A stretch of DNA of 63,594 nucleotides, counting the filler, from Choristocarpus tenellus KU-1152 (Eukaryota; Protista; Phaeophyceae): assembly GCA_964200185.2 (NCBI GenBank). It is 11 parts of 11 records of this genome, joined end to end, with 100 filler letters (N's around TTAATTAATTAA, not from the genome) between each part and the next. Parts side by side here need not be neighbours in the genome. Positions count along the whole stretch, not along the records: positions 49,158 to 53,079 come from CAXNAD020017127.1; positions 53,180 to 56,822 come from CAXNAD020018778.1; positions 56,923 to 63,594 come from CAXNAD020007602.1; 8 more parts are not named here. The stretch is one strand, 5' to 3'. This document shows positions 51,060 through 63,525 of this stretch, piece by piece (the first letter of the stretch is position 1; each line of letters begins with the position of its first letter). Position numbers and translations under genes: made by a program. The notes beneath the pieces were generated by a model. That model saw only the letters and a program-made list of their open reading frames with translations, ran no database searches and had not been told where the DNA came from.

Positions 51060-51900
51060 GGTCTTTGTGGTTTAGTCAGCACATCTGCATGCTGCTCCTC
51101 TGACATCACGTGGATAATCTCTATCTGACCGTCTGCTACCCAAGTCCCTCAGAAAAGGGTGTCGTGCATCCATATGCTTGGTCCTGCCTGGACTCAGGGA
51201 CTTCTTAGTCGAATGAATGGCGGATGCATTGTCCTCATACATTTTCACTGTAGACACTACATCGCTTTCTAGGTAAGGCAAAACGCAGGGCATCCTCTCT
51301 CTAAACTGATTGTGCTCAAGCATAATTCTCCAAAACATGTTCGGAGTTGATCTCTCTGCTTGCATGCTTGATCCGACACAATGTTCTGAGCAAAACAATA
51401 ACATTTCCCTGCCACAGACCACACCCATTCCACAAGCAAGCATACATATCGTCCTGGCTATTAGCCTGAACAAACAGTTGCCAAATTTAGTTACCAAATT
51501 TACATCCAGTGTATCTCTCCCTAATCCTTGTGTCTTCTGCTAAGGCCAAGAACATCCTCGGTAACGCAGGTGAAGGGGTCAGGAGTGAAAGTATCTTAGA
51601 GGGTACGAGTTTTGCCCTATTTGTCCATTTGGGGCTTGTCTTCTCACGTTGTTTATTGATGTCATTTTCCTACTCCAAAATGTTTCGGAGTGGGTAAAAT
51701 GTATACGTTATGACAAGGTGTGTCCAAAGCAAGGATATTGACACTTACTAACAAACACGATAGCCAAAATTTCATCCCGATCGCAATATTGGATATTGAC
51801 CCCAAATGGACGCAGCCCTACCCTCTAATATACTTTGGCTCTCAGGTTAAGGGCGTAATAGAGATCCAATTCGAAAAATCTGATGAAAACCTTTAGCTAC
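51060..51900 (-). mobile_element. Ty1/copia RT-RNase H remnant
   Basis: MYEDNASAIH...PGRTKHMDARHPFLRD is the copia RNase H C-terminal motif. Degenerate, with an adjacent MITE at 51583-51841. Confidence 0.75.
51583..51841 (+). mobile_element. MITE subfamily A, full length (259 bp), TSD TCAG
   Basis: GAGTGAAAGTATCTTAGAGGGTA...TACCCTCTAATATACTTTGGCTC, flanked by TCAG on both sides. Confidence 0.92.
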
Positions 51901-54380
51901 CAGACGCGCCGAGTATCTCAGTACTTTTCAAACTTCCCTTTTCCCGCTGTGCATCCTTGGTACCAATCGTCCTACGTTGAAGGGTTAAATTATCCTGCGC
52001 TCCACTCTTGTTACTGAATATCAGACCAAAGACTTCTTTCACTGTAGCTCGGTCCTGATAGTCACAGTCGCGGGAAGTAGTTCTGCTGTAACTGTCTTGG
52101 GATTCTGGGGTAAGCTTATAGTGAGCACTTGAATGAAAAGATCTGATGTCCACAAAACAAGAGTAGACTCGATAGAAATGGCCCCTTGAACAGAAAATGA
52201 CGCCAAGTTTAACACACCTCTTGTATATTCATCTGAAGAATTTCGCTTCGGCAACCTGATCTTTTTAGGGAGTGCAGAACCATTTTTTCTTTTGAAGGTC
52301 CTTCTAGTACTCTACTTGATTTGCTTCTCATTGTCCTTCTAACGTTCGATATTCCCCTCATCCAGGAGTTACCATTTTCAGCACTGCACAGCTCTTCGAC
52401 TGAAGGTAAAGGCGCCATGGGTGTAGCTTCTCTCTACTTTACCCCCCTTGCCACTCCCAGCTCCTGGACAGCTTTTTCTCAGCCACACCAACCAGAAATA
52501 AATTACATTTCTGTGTATCACTGCAGCTGCCCTTGGATGCTTGTTCTCCACTCTCATAGAACATTTCTGCACTACCGGACGCGATCATCATATTTGGACA
52601 ACACATCAACTTGAGGTTGTTCTATTTGTCGTATTTGAAACCCTCTCCACCGTGAACGTACTGCGCACCTTAGATCCTTACCTGTCGATTTGGGTCATGT
52701 TGTTATCTTGTGGTCAGGGCGCTCTCTTCTCCAATGTGTTCCTCACTTCTCTTGATGACTGCTGTTGCCGTCCTTCCCTTCGTTCCACATGATGTTGAAG
52801 ACAACATCACATAATGCGCAGGTATTAAGTAGAGTAGTTACTTTGATATTCAAGGATTGCAATATTAACAATTTGATCTCACATCCTTGTGCTCACCCAC
52901 TCCTTTATGATATTGATGGTCACCTTGTGATCTGACTCCTTTGGCGTTTTGACAATTAGAACCTTTCTTTATGGTCGCCCCCCAACTATTGCCCTGAGTA
53001 AACCAGAAAGGCTCAAAGTATCTGGGGGGGGGGTGGCGGCTGTCCATTTCGGGTCAATTTGGTCATGTCTCGATTTTTGNNNNNNNNNNNNNNNNNNNNN
53101 NNNNNNNNNNNNNNNNNNNNNNNTTAATTAATTAANNNNNNNNNNNNNNNNNNNNNNNNNNNNNNNNNNNNNNNNNNNNCAGCTACTTTGGGTCTGAAAC
53201 CGCCATCAAGACATATCGCCTGTAACATACCCATAACCTCTTCAATGCGATAAAACAGGCGATTAGACAAGGAAATATAATGTCACTCCTTGTCCTATCA
53301 TGACCATAGCAGCAATGAAATGAAAGTCACTTCCATCTCCTAACATATCAGTAGGCAGCGTTGAAGATCCAGTGGAGGAGGAAACCTGGAGGGAAAAAAC
53401 CCTATGCAGCAAGAATGCACGGGTCAGTGCCTAGGACAACCAAGCAAAGAGCGAGCAGAGTCCTTTATAGTGCATAGAAAAATGAGCTATGAGATATTGC
53501 CAGGAGTATTATCGTCTCTCATCTTTTTGGAGGATGGCATTGCCATAATAGTTTGATGGTGATGTGTGTAATTTGTGTATTTTTACTTAGTCATTGCGAC
53601 CTATTTTGTGCGACAAGATGACAAGTGCATTGAGAAGATGCAAACAGATGGGGGGGATATGAATCAGTTCTCATTGAAATTTCATCGTAATTGAGCCGTT
53701 AACTTGGGTTGGAACAACTTAAGTGAGACAGAAACGCAATAAGAATAAGACGCAAGGATGGAGGGGATCGACCCAAGATTGAACTGAAGCCCTTTGTCCT
53801 GGTTCCATTGTACTAAGTGCATATAAAAAAACAGATGTAAGTAAATAATATGAGTATCGTGCAAATATTAATGGAGTATGACAAAATCGCATTTCCATAT
53901 GAATTTCATCACCACTTTGGTCAGTTCGTGTGGGTAGGATTAAGTTACATGATGGATGGCAGCTGGTGAGGCACAAATACAGAAAAAGAATGCGCGCGGA
54001 AGTGGGGGATTAAACGAACGTGGATTGCAGTCCTTTACTCTGATCCTATCAAGTGTAGTGCGTGGAAAATACGGATGTTTAATTGGATAGGTTAATTAAT
54101 GTAGCATTAGATAGTGCTTAAAAAAACTGTTAGCCTCTAAGAAATTGAGGTGTATTGTCACATGTGATATGTCTCGATGACATTGAAGTTCTAGATTTGA
54201 TATATTTGTACTTCTTGATTATTTATTTACTCTTTGGTCATTATGGTCCCCAATTGTGATTAGACATCGTTGATCAGTTCCTTTTATATATGATGATATT
54301 GACGATAAACCGAGTGAGAGATCCAACATACTTGACGACTTGTACATCAGGAGTCCTATACGTACATCAGCATCATCTAT

Positions 54381-54640
54381 AAGTCGAAGTATCTTAGAGG
54401 GTACGAGTTTTGCCCTGTTTATCCATTTGGGGCTTGGCTTACATCATGGAGTTTTTCATTACATTTTCCTACTCCAAAATGTTTCGGAGTAGGTAAAATA
54501 TGTACGTTATGAAAAGGTGTGTCCGGAGCGAGAACATTGACACTTCCCAACAAATACGATAACCAGAACTACATCAAAATCGCAACATTGGAGTTTTGCC
54601 CCCAAATGGACGCGCCCTACCCTCTAAGATATTTTGCCTC
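54381..54640 (+). mobile_element. MITE subfamily A, full length, TSD TAT(A)
   Basis: Collinear with 51583-51841. An empty-site homolog lies at ~50020-50110 on the minus strand. Confidence 0.88.
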
Positions 54641-54782
54641 TATAAGACCGTAGATTGGAGCTATACATCCTGTGGAGGTGAGCTCTGAGGGGTGCCTGCA
54701 ACAGTATATATATGATCACATTTGAAACATTCCTCACAATGCACCACTTTCAAACACGGTTTTCCACGAGATTGGAGACACT

Positions 54783-55041
54783 GAGTCGAAGTACCTTAGA
54801 GGGTAGAGCAGCGTCTATTTGGGGGTCAAAATCCAATGTTGCAATTTTGATGTAATTTTGGCTATCGTGCCTTATAAGAGATGTCAAGATCCTTGTTCCG
54901 GACACTCTTTTTCATAACGTACTCATTTTACCTACTCCGAAATATTTTGAAGTAGGTAAGATGTCATTATAAACCAGTGGGAAGTCATTCTCCAAATGGA
55001 CAAACAGAGAAAAACCCGTACCCTCTAAGATACTTTCATTC
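54783..55041 (-). mobile_element. MITE subfamily A, full length, TSD (C)ACT
   Basis: Reverse-oriented copy. An empty-site homolog lies at ~55320-55440. Confidence 0.88.
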
Positions 55042-55599
55042 ACTTTCACCCTCATGGACACCACATTCACGGAGATCTGCACATGTCGGGGATATATCCA
55101 ATATGTTTCCTGTGTCATAGACTCAAATACAGGATAAATGTGCGCGGAAGTGGGAGATTGAAATGAAAATGAGATATACTCCTTTGCTCTGATCTTATTG
55201 AATGTAGTGCATGGAAAAATGCACATGCCGAATGGGATATATTAACGAGTGTAGCATTAGATAATGCTACAAAAGACTGTCAGTCTTAAAAAAAATGAGG
55301 TGTACCTAAATTCACCTTTGAAACAGTTCTCACAATCTACCACTTTCAAACACGGTTTTGCATGAGACGGTGATATTTCCACCATCATGGACACCACATA
55401 CATGGAGATCTGCACATGTCAGAGACATCTCAAAATGTTTCCTATTTCACAGACTCGATAAAAACTGAAGGCTTTCGTTGGAAGTTGTCCAACTCCAAAC
55501 TAAATAGGCGAGAAAAACTCGAGAGGCCTTCAACATCTGAGGAAGCTCTTATCCTGGGCAAGAGAGGTTGAGCTATCACACGAGACAAAGGTAAGACAG

Positions 55600-56300
55600 T
55601 GTCAAAAAAGAAACGTATTTCACTCAATACCTCAAAATAAACTAAGGTCCACATTACATTGCCAGTCGTAGAACATGTGAACGTGGAATAGATGTTGGGT
55701 GTTAAAGATTGCAGTAATCTTGAACACACGGTGGTAATATCAACCACAACACACATCGCTGTCTCAACATCCAACAAAACCATTCCATACACATACGAAA
55801 CACAACTTATCGATTAACCAAGAGAGGCTGTTGCATTACCCAATACAAAGTGATTCTACACTCTGGAAAAGAGTAACATCTACACTCAGTATCACCAAAT
55901 CATTCAAGGTCCACATTACATTGCCAGTCACCTAACACGTGAGTATGGAATATAGATATTGGGTCTGAAGGTTGCAGCAATTTATTGGGAAGACAACATT
56001 GACAACACATCGATCTGTCTTAACACGCAACAACAGCATTTCACACACACACTCGAAACACATCTAATCGATCGACCAAGAGAGGTTGGACTATTACAGG
56101 AAACACAAGGAAGTATATGCTTCTCAAAAAGGTAACATGCTTCACTCAATAACTGAAAAATAATCAAGTCACATTGCCAGTCACTCATGAGGAGCATAGA
56201 CCATATCTTGGGTCTAGAGGTTGCAACAATCTTTAGGGAAGGTCATTGGCGAAAACACATCACAGTGTCTCCTCCTAACCCAACAATATCATTACCAACA
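55600..56300 (+). repeat. Three diverged ~265-bp tandem units
   Basis: Recurring CACTCA.TA...CACATTGCCAGTC...TTGGGT....AG.TTGCA.CAAT...ACACATC at ~55620, ~55880 and ~56140. Confidence 0.75.
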
Positions 56301-56989
56301 CATTTGAAAGACACGGAGTCGGTCGAGACCACTAACAAAAGTATCCCTGAAGTGGAGATGTTCGATACAGATTTACGAAGACTGTGGTTGATGCTCTTTC
56401 GTTAATCAATCATTCAAGTAATCCACAACGGTTGATACTCAACTATATTTCTTACTTTGGATTTTCTATGCAAACGGGAGCTATTATAATAGAGTATTTG
56501 AATTATGTGGTATGGATGTATTTATTAGCGGAGTAAACACTACACTACCCTCCAGGTGGGGGTATGTTCTCCCTTATTATCTAATGCGTACGTTGTTGAA
56601 ACATAGACTACTCATTTGTTTCTTGTTGATATGATACACATCTACCCGCTTGTACTGACTGTTGATTGGTGCACTGCACTGGTTTTTAGTGTTCATTTAT
56701 TTATTGCGCATTTCAACTCATCATCACATCGATGACAGTAGATAGAAGTATAGCATCAGTTGATATTCAGTTGATCCACATCACACACAGGAACATCGTA
56801 GCACACGTCATCCAAGTTACTTNNNNNNNNNNNNNNNNNNNNNNNNNNNNNNNNNNNNNNNNNNNNTTAATTAATTAANNNNNNNNNNNNNNNNNNNNNN
56901 NNNNNNNNNNNNNNNNNNNNNNTTTTTCTCTGCTCTTTCTTCCTCCCCCGCCTTTTTTGTTTTTTTTTTTTTTTTTGTGTTGCGTTTTG

Positions 56990-57036
<47 letters not shown>

Positions 57037-57063
57037 ATGTGATGGTGAAAACATGTTGGAAAG

Positions 57064-60000
57064 GTGGTGCTTTTTTGTGGGTGCACAGACTGGGATGGCG
57101 TTGGCAGGCGGCCAAGTGAGAGCTTCCTGGTTGCTCCACGTTGTTTATCCTTTCCCAAGAGGATCAGGGCAGTCTTTTCTGGACCAACAGCTTGTCATTG
57201 TGTATGCATTGATGTGGATGGAGGGGTGAGTATATATATATATATATATATATATGGATGTATACATATATATACATTAAGTATGTGTATGTTAAAAAAA
57301 TATATATATAAATCTGGAGAATGAATGAACGATTAGTTCTGACTGGTTCAATTGTTTTTGATTGATGTTGAAGGTAGGGGTGAGGGTCATTTTTTATTTA
57401 TTATTTATTTTTATTTTGGGGGTTATATTGTCTGATGTTGCGATAATGTAGCCTTTTCTTTTTTTTGTGTACTGTTGGAGTGTTCTCCAATCGGTTGATT
57501 CGGTTTGTAATTTTTTTTTTCTTCCTGTGTGGGTAGAGTGGTCAGAGTGGTCAGAGTGGTTAGGATTACTTTTTTATCTCTATATTGTACTGATGATCGT
57601 GTCACAGTTAGGGTAAGAGTGAAAGTATCTTAGAGGGTACGAGTTTTGCCCTGTTTGTCCATTTGGGGCTTGGCTTCCCTTGTTTTTTTTTAATGACATT
57701 TTCCTTATTCCAAAATGTTTCGAAGTGTAGGTAGAATGTATACGTTATGAGAAGGTGTTTCTGAGACATAGAGATATTGACACTTCCTAACAAACACGAT
57801 AACCAAAATTACATTAAAATCGCAACATTTCTTAGTCGTGGACTGGTGACTCGCTGTGATTGGTCGATATATGATCGTAACCTCCTTCTATTGGCCGACA
57901 GGAGGTATTCGCTCTCTGTGATGATCGCTAGTTCTATTTGAAGGCAAGATGATAGGCGGTGTGAATGTGAATGCAAAAGGTGGCAGCAGATCTCCTCCGT
58001 GAACGACAACAGCATTGTTTTGAGAGCGATTTTTGTTTTTTTTTGTGTGAAAAGAGCACCGACTGACCGGACTAGACAGAACCTTTTTTTTTGTAACTGC
58101 TTGGTGTGGAACCATTAATTTATGGTGTGAAGCCGTGACCCCGTGTGTCAATGCGTTTTTCTTTTGTTGCTTTCCTTTTGTGTGTGTGTGCGTTTTTTTT
58201 TTTGTGTGTTTTTTGTGTTTTTTTTAAAACTCAAGGGTTGCATATGACTGAACAGGAGGCACCAACTCAACGGTTTGATTTTTTAAATTTTATTTTGTAA
58301 TTTTTTATTCTGATTCTTCAAGAGATGGGAGTCGAAGCTCTTGTATGTGGGTACATCAACACACCTTCCTGTGGAAGTGAAACGTGTTGGAACCAAGCCT
58401 AGACCAGACTGAATCGATTTATTTATATATATATATATATTATTTTTTTAAATATTTTTTTATTGTGAACGAAGAGACTGGAAGCTATCCGTGGTGTTAA
58501 ACTAGTAATTGTTAATAATAAAAAAAGAATTATGTAAGATTAGTATGGCGTGTATGTACGTACACATATTAGTGTCACATTCAAAGAAAGAAATGTAATG
58601 TTTTTTTCTATTCAATTTTTTTTCTCGTGGTTGGAAGGCGTATTCCTGGGGACGGAATGAGAGCGGTGCTCTGGGCCATGGTGACACCGCTACGCGAGCA
58701 GCACCGACTCTATTACCGGACATGTTGGGGTCCAGAGTGAAACAGGCCAGTTGTGGAAGGTCGCACACTGCACTCCTCACCAATGAAGGTTAGCACCGAT
58801 GACGGTTGATGTTCCAAGAAAAAAGTGTATATATATTTTTTGTATGTTGTGGTGTGTGTGTTGTGCTGAGATGTGATGGTGCTCTACTGCTCGAGACCAA
58901 CGCCTTCTTGGTGAAACCGGTGGAATCTGTGAGGGTTAGGGTTGGAACATTATTGAATATTTGGTTTGGTTTTGCATTTTTTTGTGTTGTGGGGGGGGGG
59001 GGGGGGGGGGTGCACAGTGGTGTGTTTGGCCTGTTTCTTTTTGTACTGGGAGAGGTGTATTCTTGGTATTATTGGAGTGGCTTGTTTATTTTTTTATTTT
59101 TGGATGGTAGGAGTGTTGGTGCTTGTGTAAGGGTCAGTGTCAGGGTTAGGGTTAGGGTTAGGGTTAGATTTCCCCCAAGTGGTACTGTGCCGTATCTCTT
59201 TTTTTTTTGTGGTGATTGTGTTTGTTGGGTTAGGGTTAAGGATGTGGGGGTAGAGGTTGAGGTGAGGGTGTAAAGGGGTAAAGGTGATAGGTGTACCAGT
59301 CTCGACCCCTGAGGTGACTCAATTGGTTGTTTTGGGTGTATATGTGTAGTTGTGTGTTGGGTGCATATGTGTAGTTCCTTTTAGTTTGTTGTGTGTTGGG
59401 TGTATATGTGTAGTTACTTTTAGTTTGTTGTGTGTTGTGTGTCGAAAGCTACTCATATCTTTTTTTTTATTTGACGTTCAACTATGTAATAACACTACAT
59501 TGAAACGCAAAAAAAAAGTTGACGTTTTTCTCTTCTTTTTCTTTTAGTAATTCACACACAAAGAACACACAGTAGAATCATAGATTCACAGGCACTGCAC
59601 TGATATGGGGGCTATCCTCCAGTGTTTGTGATTGTGTCGAGCAAGCCTGTGATTTATCTGGAAATATTTGTGTTTCCTTCAGGTGTTGTGTTCACAATGG
59701 GAGCAGGCAAGTGTGGGCAACTGGGTCATGGCCGACTGGTGGATTCGTCCCTTGAACCCAAGCAAGTGGTTTTGGACAGCAAGGCCTTCAAGGTGAGAAG
59801 GGGAGTTCTCCACCTGTCGTTGGTGGTTCTCTTGCCTGCAGGATCCGGCCTACTGTGCTTTCCTCAATGGTATAATGTATTGTATTTGTATTCAAAGTTC
59901 AAATCTGAATGACCTGACTCATGTGTTTGTGTGTTGTGTGTGTGTTTGTGTTGTGTGTGTTGTGTGTGTTGTGTGTGTTTGTGTGTGTGTGTTTGTGTGT

Positions 60001-60623
60001 GTGTGTTGCTTGCTCTCCCTGCAGACAAGGTGGTAGGTATATTAGTATTGTATTGTGTAGGAACGAAAGAAAATAGCACCTCTGTTTAAAGGTTCTGTTT
60101 AAAGGTTCCAGTCTAATTTCAAGTGATTTGTTCCCCATATGATTTTCTGGCGGATTATTTTTTTTATAATTAATTTCTTGGATTATTTAAAGGTACAGGT
60201 GCTGATTATTTAAAGGTACAGGTGCCGGGGATTTTGTATTATTTTGACTCTCTGATTCCAATGGATATTCTTTTTGTTACTGATATTTTGATAGGCTGTT
60301 TTTTAACCAGTCTAATAAATGAAGTATGTTTTTGTATTGTTGTTGGTAGATTATAAAAAATTATATATTTCTTAGAGTACCAAGTGTCTCTCTGTCAAGG
60401 GAATAATGTGCTTTCCCCCTCCCCCAACCTTGGTGCAGACTGTGGGCTGGCTGGGTCATATGCATGTACCGTGTGATACCGTATCACTTTATATAAAAAA
60501 GGATAAAATATAGCTCAATTTAATTTGTACTCTAATGTTATTATTGCTGTGAACAATAATCCGTTTTTCTGATGGCAAATGGACCTTGCCTACAACGTTA
60601 CACTGACTGTAGAGATCATTGCA

Positions 60624-60658
<35 letters not shown>

Positions 60659-63006
60659 TTTGTAGTATGTACCTTTTATTGACTCAACAGATCTTGTGTC
60701 AGGGTTAGCATTCTTTTTTTCTTTAGTTAAATATATATATATATATATTGTATGTATTATGTATTATGTATTATGTATTATGTATTATGTATTATGTATT
60801 ATGACCCTTTATTCCCCAAACTCACAAAGCAGGTTTCATGTGGTGCGGATTTTACTTGCATCATTGATGAAACTGGAAGGCTTTTTTCGTGTGGTCTCCC
60901 GGAGAACGGTCAGCTGGGGTTGGGTACGACAGGGGAGTTCATAGAGAGGGCAGGGAAAGTTTCCTTTGACTTCGTGGTCACACCCACTGTGGTCAACCTC
61001 TTTCTCATTAAGGTGCAGTAGAAATCTACTGGGGGAGAAGAAAGGGGTGGTGGGGGGGGAGGGGCGGAGGTGGGGATTTGGTCTCTTTGTAGGAATTGGA
61101 GGGTGCCTTTTTGTTTTTTGAAGGAGGTATGATAACATATCATAATATGATCTTACGAGGTACGATGACATGATCTGAAGGGTTTTGCGTTTGTTTTGGT
61201 GGGTGATGGTAAAATAAAAATACATTTCCAGTGGGTTAGGGGTGGTGGGGTTTTAAAAGGGTAGATAAAGAAGAAAATCTTTTGGTAGAGAAGTAAGATC
61301 TCCTTTTTTTGTTTTTTTTGTTTATGGTCGTTAGGGTTAGGGGTAGTGGATAGTGGCGTGTCTCTTGTTCTGTTCTGTTGTGTGATGTGTTGGAGGTGTT
61401 CTGCTTTGATTGCTCCTCCTCTCTTCACAGAAGGTGTGAGTGCTCTGTTGAGTCTGTCCACTACTAGCAATCATTGAAGAACAGAAAGCGAAGAGGTAAT
61501 ATTGAGTGTAACTAAGGGTGTAATGATGTGGGTGTAACTAACTCTAAAGCTGTTCTGTTCTGAATTATAATAAAAGTTTTTATCTGTTCTGTTCTGTTGG
61601 CCTTTTGTTTTGTTCTTGGTCCTGTTTAAAAAAAATATATTTTGAGAGGTTGCATTCCTTAGCATGGTTCAATTCATTAACACAACTTTTTTTATTGTGT
61701 AAGTCTTAGAGCCGGTATGTGCTGTATTGTCCTGTGATGTCAGACAAGATGTAATCTGCATCTCCCCCACTCCCACCCCCTACCCACTCTTAGCCCATTT
61801 CTGATACACATATCACACAAGAACATCAATCATAATTTGGTGTGAGCTGGAAGTAGCAGCTACTGGGGAGGCGGCATACTCAACATGACCTAGTCACTGG
61901 GATTTTTATTATTATTTGGACGGAATTTTTATTATTTATCAAGTATTGTTTTTGATATCATATATAGGCCGAGAGGGAGCAGATGGAGATGTGTGTTATG
62001 ACTGTGTGTGTGTGTTTTTTTTTTTTGAGGTTTTTGAACCTTTATCTGCAGAAGATGAAGGCGTGAATAAGGATCGCTTTCTCCTTTTGAAATATAACCT
62101 AGGTGTAATGAGATGTAATGAGATGTAACCTCGAAACAGTCAATGAGATGTACATGTACTGCCCCGAAGGTCTGATGGGCCCTTGGAGCTCAGCAGCACT
62201 CTCCTCTCGGATTGGTTTGTCTCAAAAGGGAATTGATTGGATTGGTTGAATCGCTCTTTGTTTGTGTGTGTGTGTGTGTGTGTTTGTGTCCTGTCAGGAT
62301 GTGAAGAGCAAGCTGTTGGATGAGGTGAGGTCGGTACGTCTTGAGGATATTGCCTGTGGAAGGAACCACACTGTAGCGGTGGAGATGGCTCCATTGCGGA
62401 GGGTGTGGACTTGGGGGTTTGGTGGGTGAGTGAGGGGGAGTGGAGTTTGTTGTACAAGCATCAGTTTGGGTTCAGTACTGAGTGGGAGACTCTGGTTGGG
62501 AAATGGAGGTGTAGTATAGTTGATGAGTGAAGAGGTGTGAAGAGGTGTGAAGGGGTGACGAATCTCCTTCGGGATTGCGATCATCTAAGAATCTTAGAAT
62601 CTTAGATTCGTATGTTCCTTTCCTTTTTTTTTTTTAAGTAGTATAATTTTGCAAAGATATTTATTGAAACTGTTGGGGGTTTTGGTCTGTATTTGATACA
62701 ATGGCAATTAAAAAAAAAGAAGAAGAGATGGTGCTTTTGAAATGATTTGCTCGTCTCCCTCTTTGGTATTTCTTAAAGTTGTGCTTGTACTTCCATCCTA
62801 TTTTATCAATGAAGGTATGGGCGTCTAGGTCATGCCTGCCAGGATGCCGAACTCCGCCCTCGCCTGGTAGACACCCTGGCACGCCTTTCACATGTGGAAA
62901 TTTCTTCTGTGTCTGCTGGGGCAAACTGTTCCTTGGCTCTGTCAAGCACTGGTCATCTCTTTTACTGGGGTAAGCTGCCCAATTCACCCAGGGGAGAGGC
63001 TACCAT
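57064..63006 (+). CDS. RCC2: RCC2 (TD-60)-like RCC1-repeat protein, partial; exons ~57064-57225, 58638-58788, 59683-59792, 60833-61012, 62298-62425, 62815-63006
   Basis: RCC1 repeats AYSWGRNESGALGHG, CGRSHT, GKCGQLGHG, CGADFT, CGRNHT. RCC2-type segments GCTDWDGVGR, GLPENGQLGLGTTGEFIERAGK, VWTWGFGGYGRLGH, LFYWGK..GEATM. All splice phases are consistent. Confidence 0.9.
57617..57829 (+). mobile_element. MITE subfamily A, right end lost, inside an RCC2 intron
   Basis: GAGTGAAAGTATCTTAGAGGGTACGAG... similarity stops after CGCAACATT. Confidence 0.85.
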
Positions 63007-63166
63007 GTGAGACCAGAGGTGGTGTGGGAGGGGGGATGAGGAGATTAGTCCTGTTTTTTTTTTTAAGTTTATACTAAATGTGGGTGTTGTGTTGTAGTTG
63101 GAGAAGGATGTAGAAGATTAATAGTATAAAACTTTCACGTCCATTACGGAGTTGTTTATTTTAGGG

Positions 63167-63318
63167 GATTAGGGTTAGAGTTAGGGTTAGGGTTAGGGTT
63201 AGGGTTAGGGTTTGGGCTTGTGAAACATTTATTGTACAAGCATGTGTGTGCAGGTTTCGTGTAGAAATGACAATAAATATAAACCAGAATAGTTAGGGTT
63301 AGGGTTAGGGTTAGGGTT
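63167..63318 (+). repeat. Interstitial telomere-type (TTAGGG)n tracts; also at 59142-59167 and as (CCCTAA)n at ~11086-11105
   Basis: Short tandem TTAGGG runs inside introns or intron-like sequence. Confidence 0.85.
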
Positions 63319-63467
63319 ATAATGAGTACTGTGTTGGATTCTTCTTCTTAATTCTAAATTATTCTTAATGGCGTTATTTTTTTTTTAAGTGTTACATTGA
63401 TTGTACTGCTATTTTTTTTTGTGGTACTTGGTGTGCGGTGCATAAATAATGTGCGTATGTCGTACAC

Positions 63468-63525
<58 letters not shown>

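Larger units (their letters stand above)
7883..56922. other. Ten artificial contig linkers (N44-TTAATTAATTAA-N44) at 7883-7982, 12231-12330, 16991-17090, 25458-25557, 32066-32165, 36406-36505, 44493-44592, 49058-49157, 53080-53179, 56823-56922
   Basis: Identical 100-bp spacers carrying stop codons in all six frames, repeated ten times. Confidence 0.98.

Noticed and set aside
51900-53000. Possible retroelement integrase/gag remnants upstream of the second copia fragment
   Set aside because: No motif I could read with confidence.
7883-56922. Repeated TTAATTAATTAA palindromes flanked by N runs
   Set aside because: Artificial contig-joining linker. Genes on different contigs cannot be read as a cluster or system.
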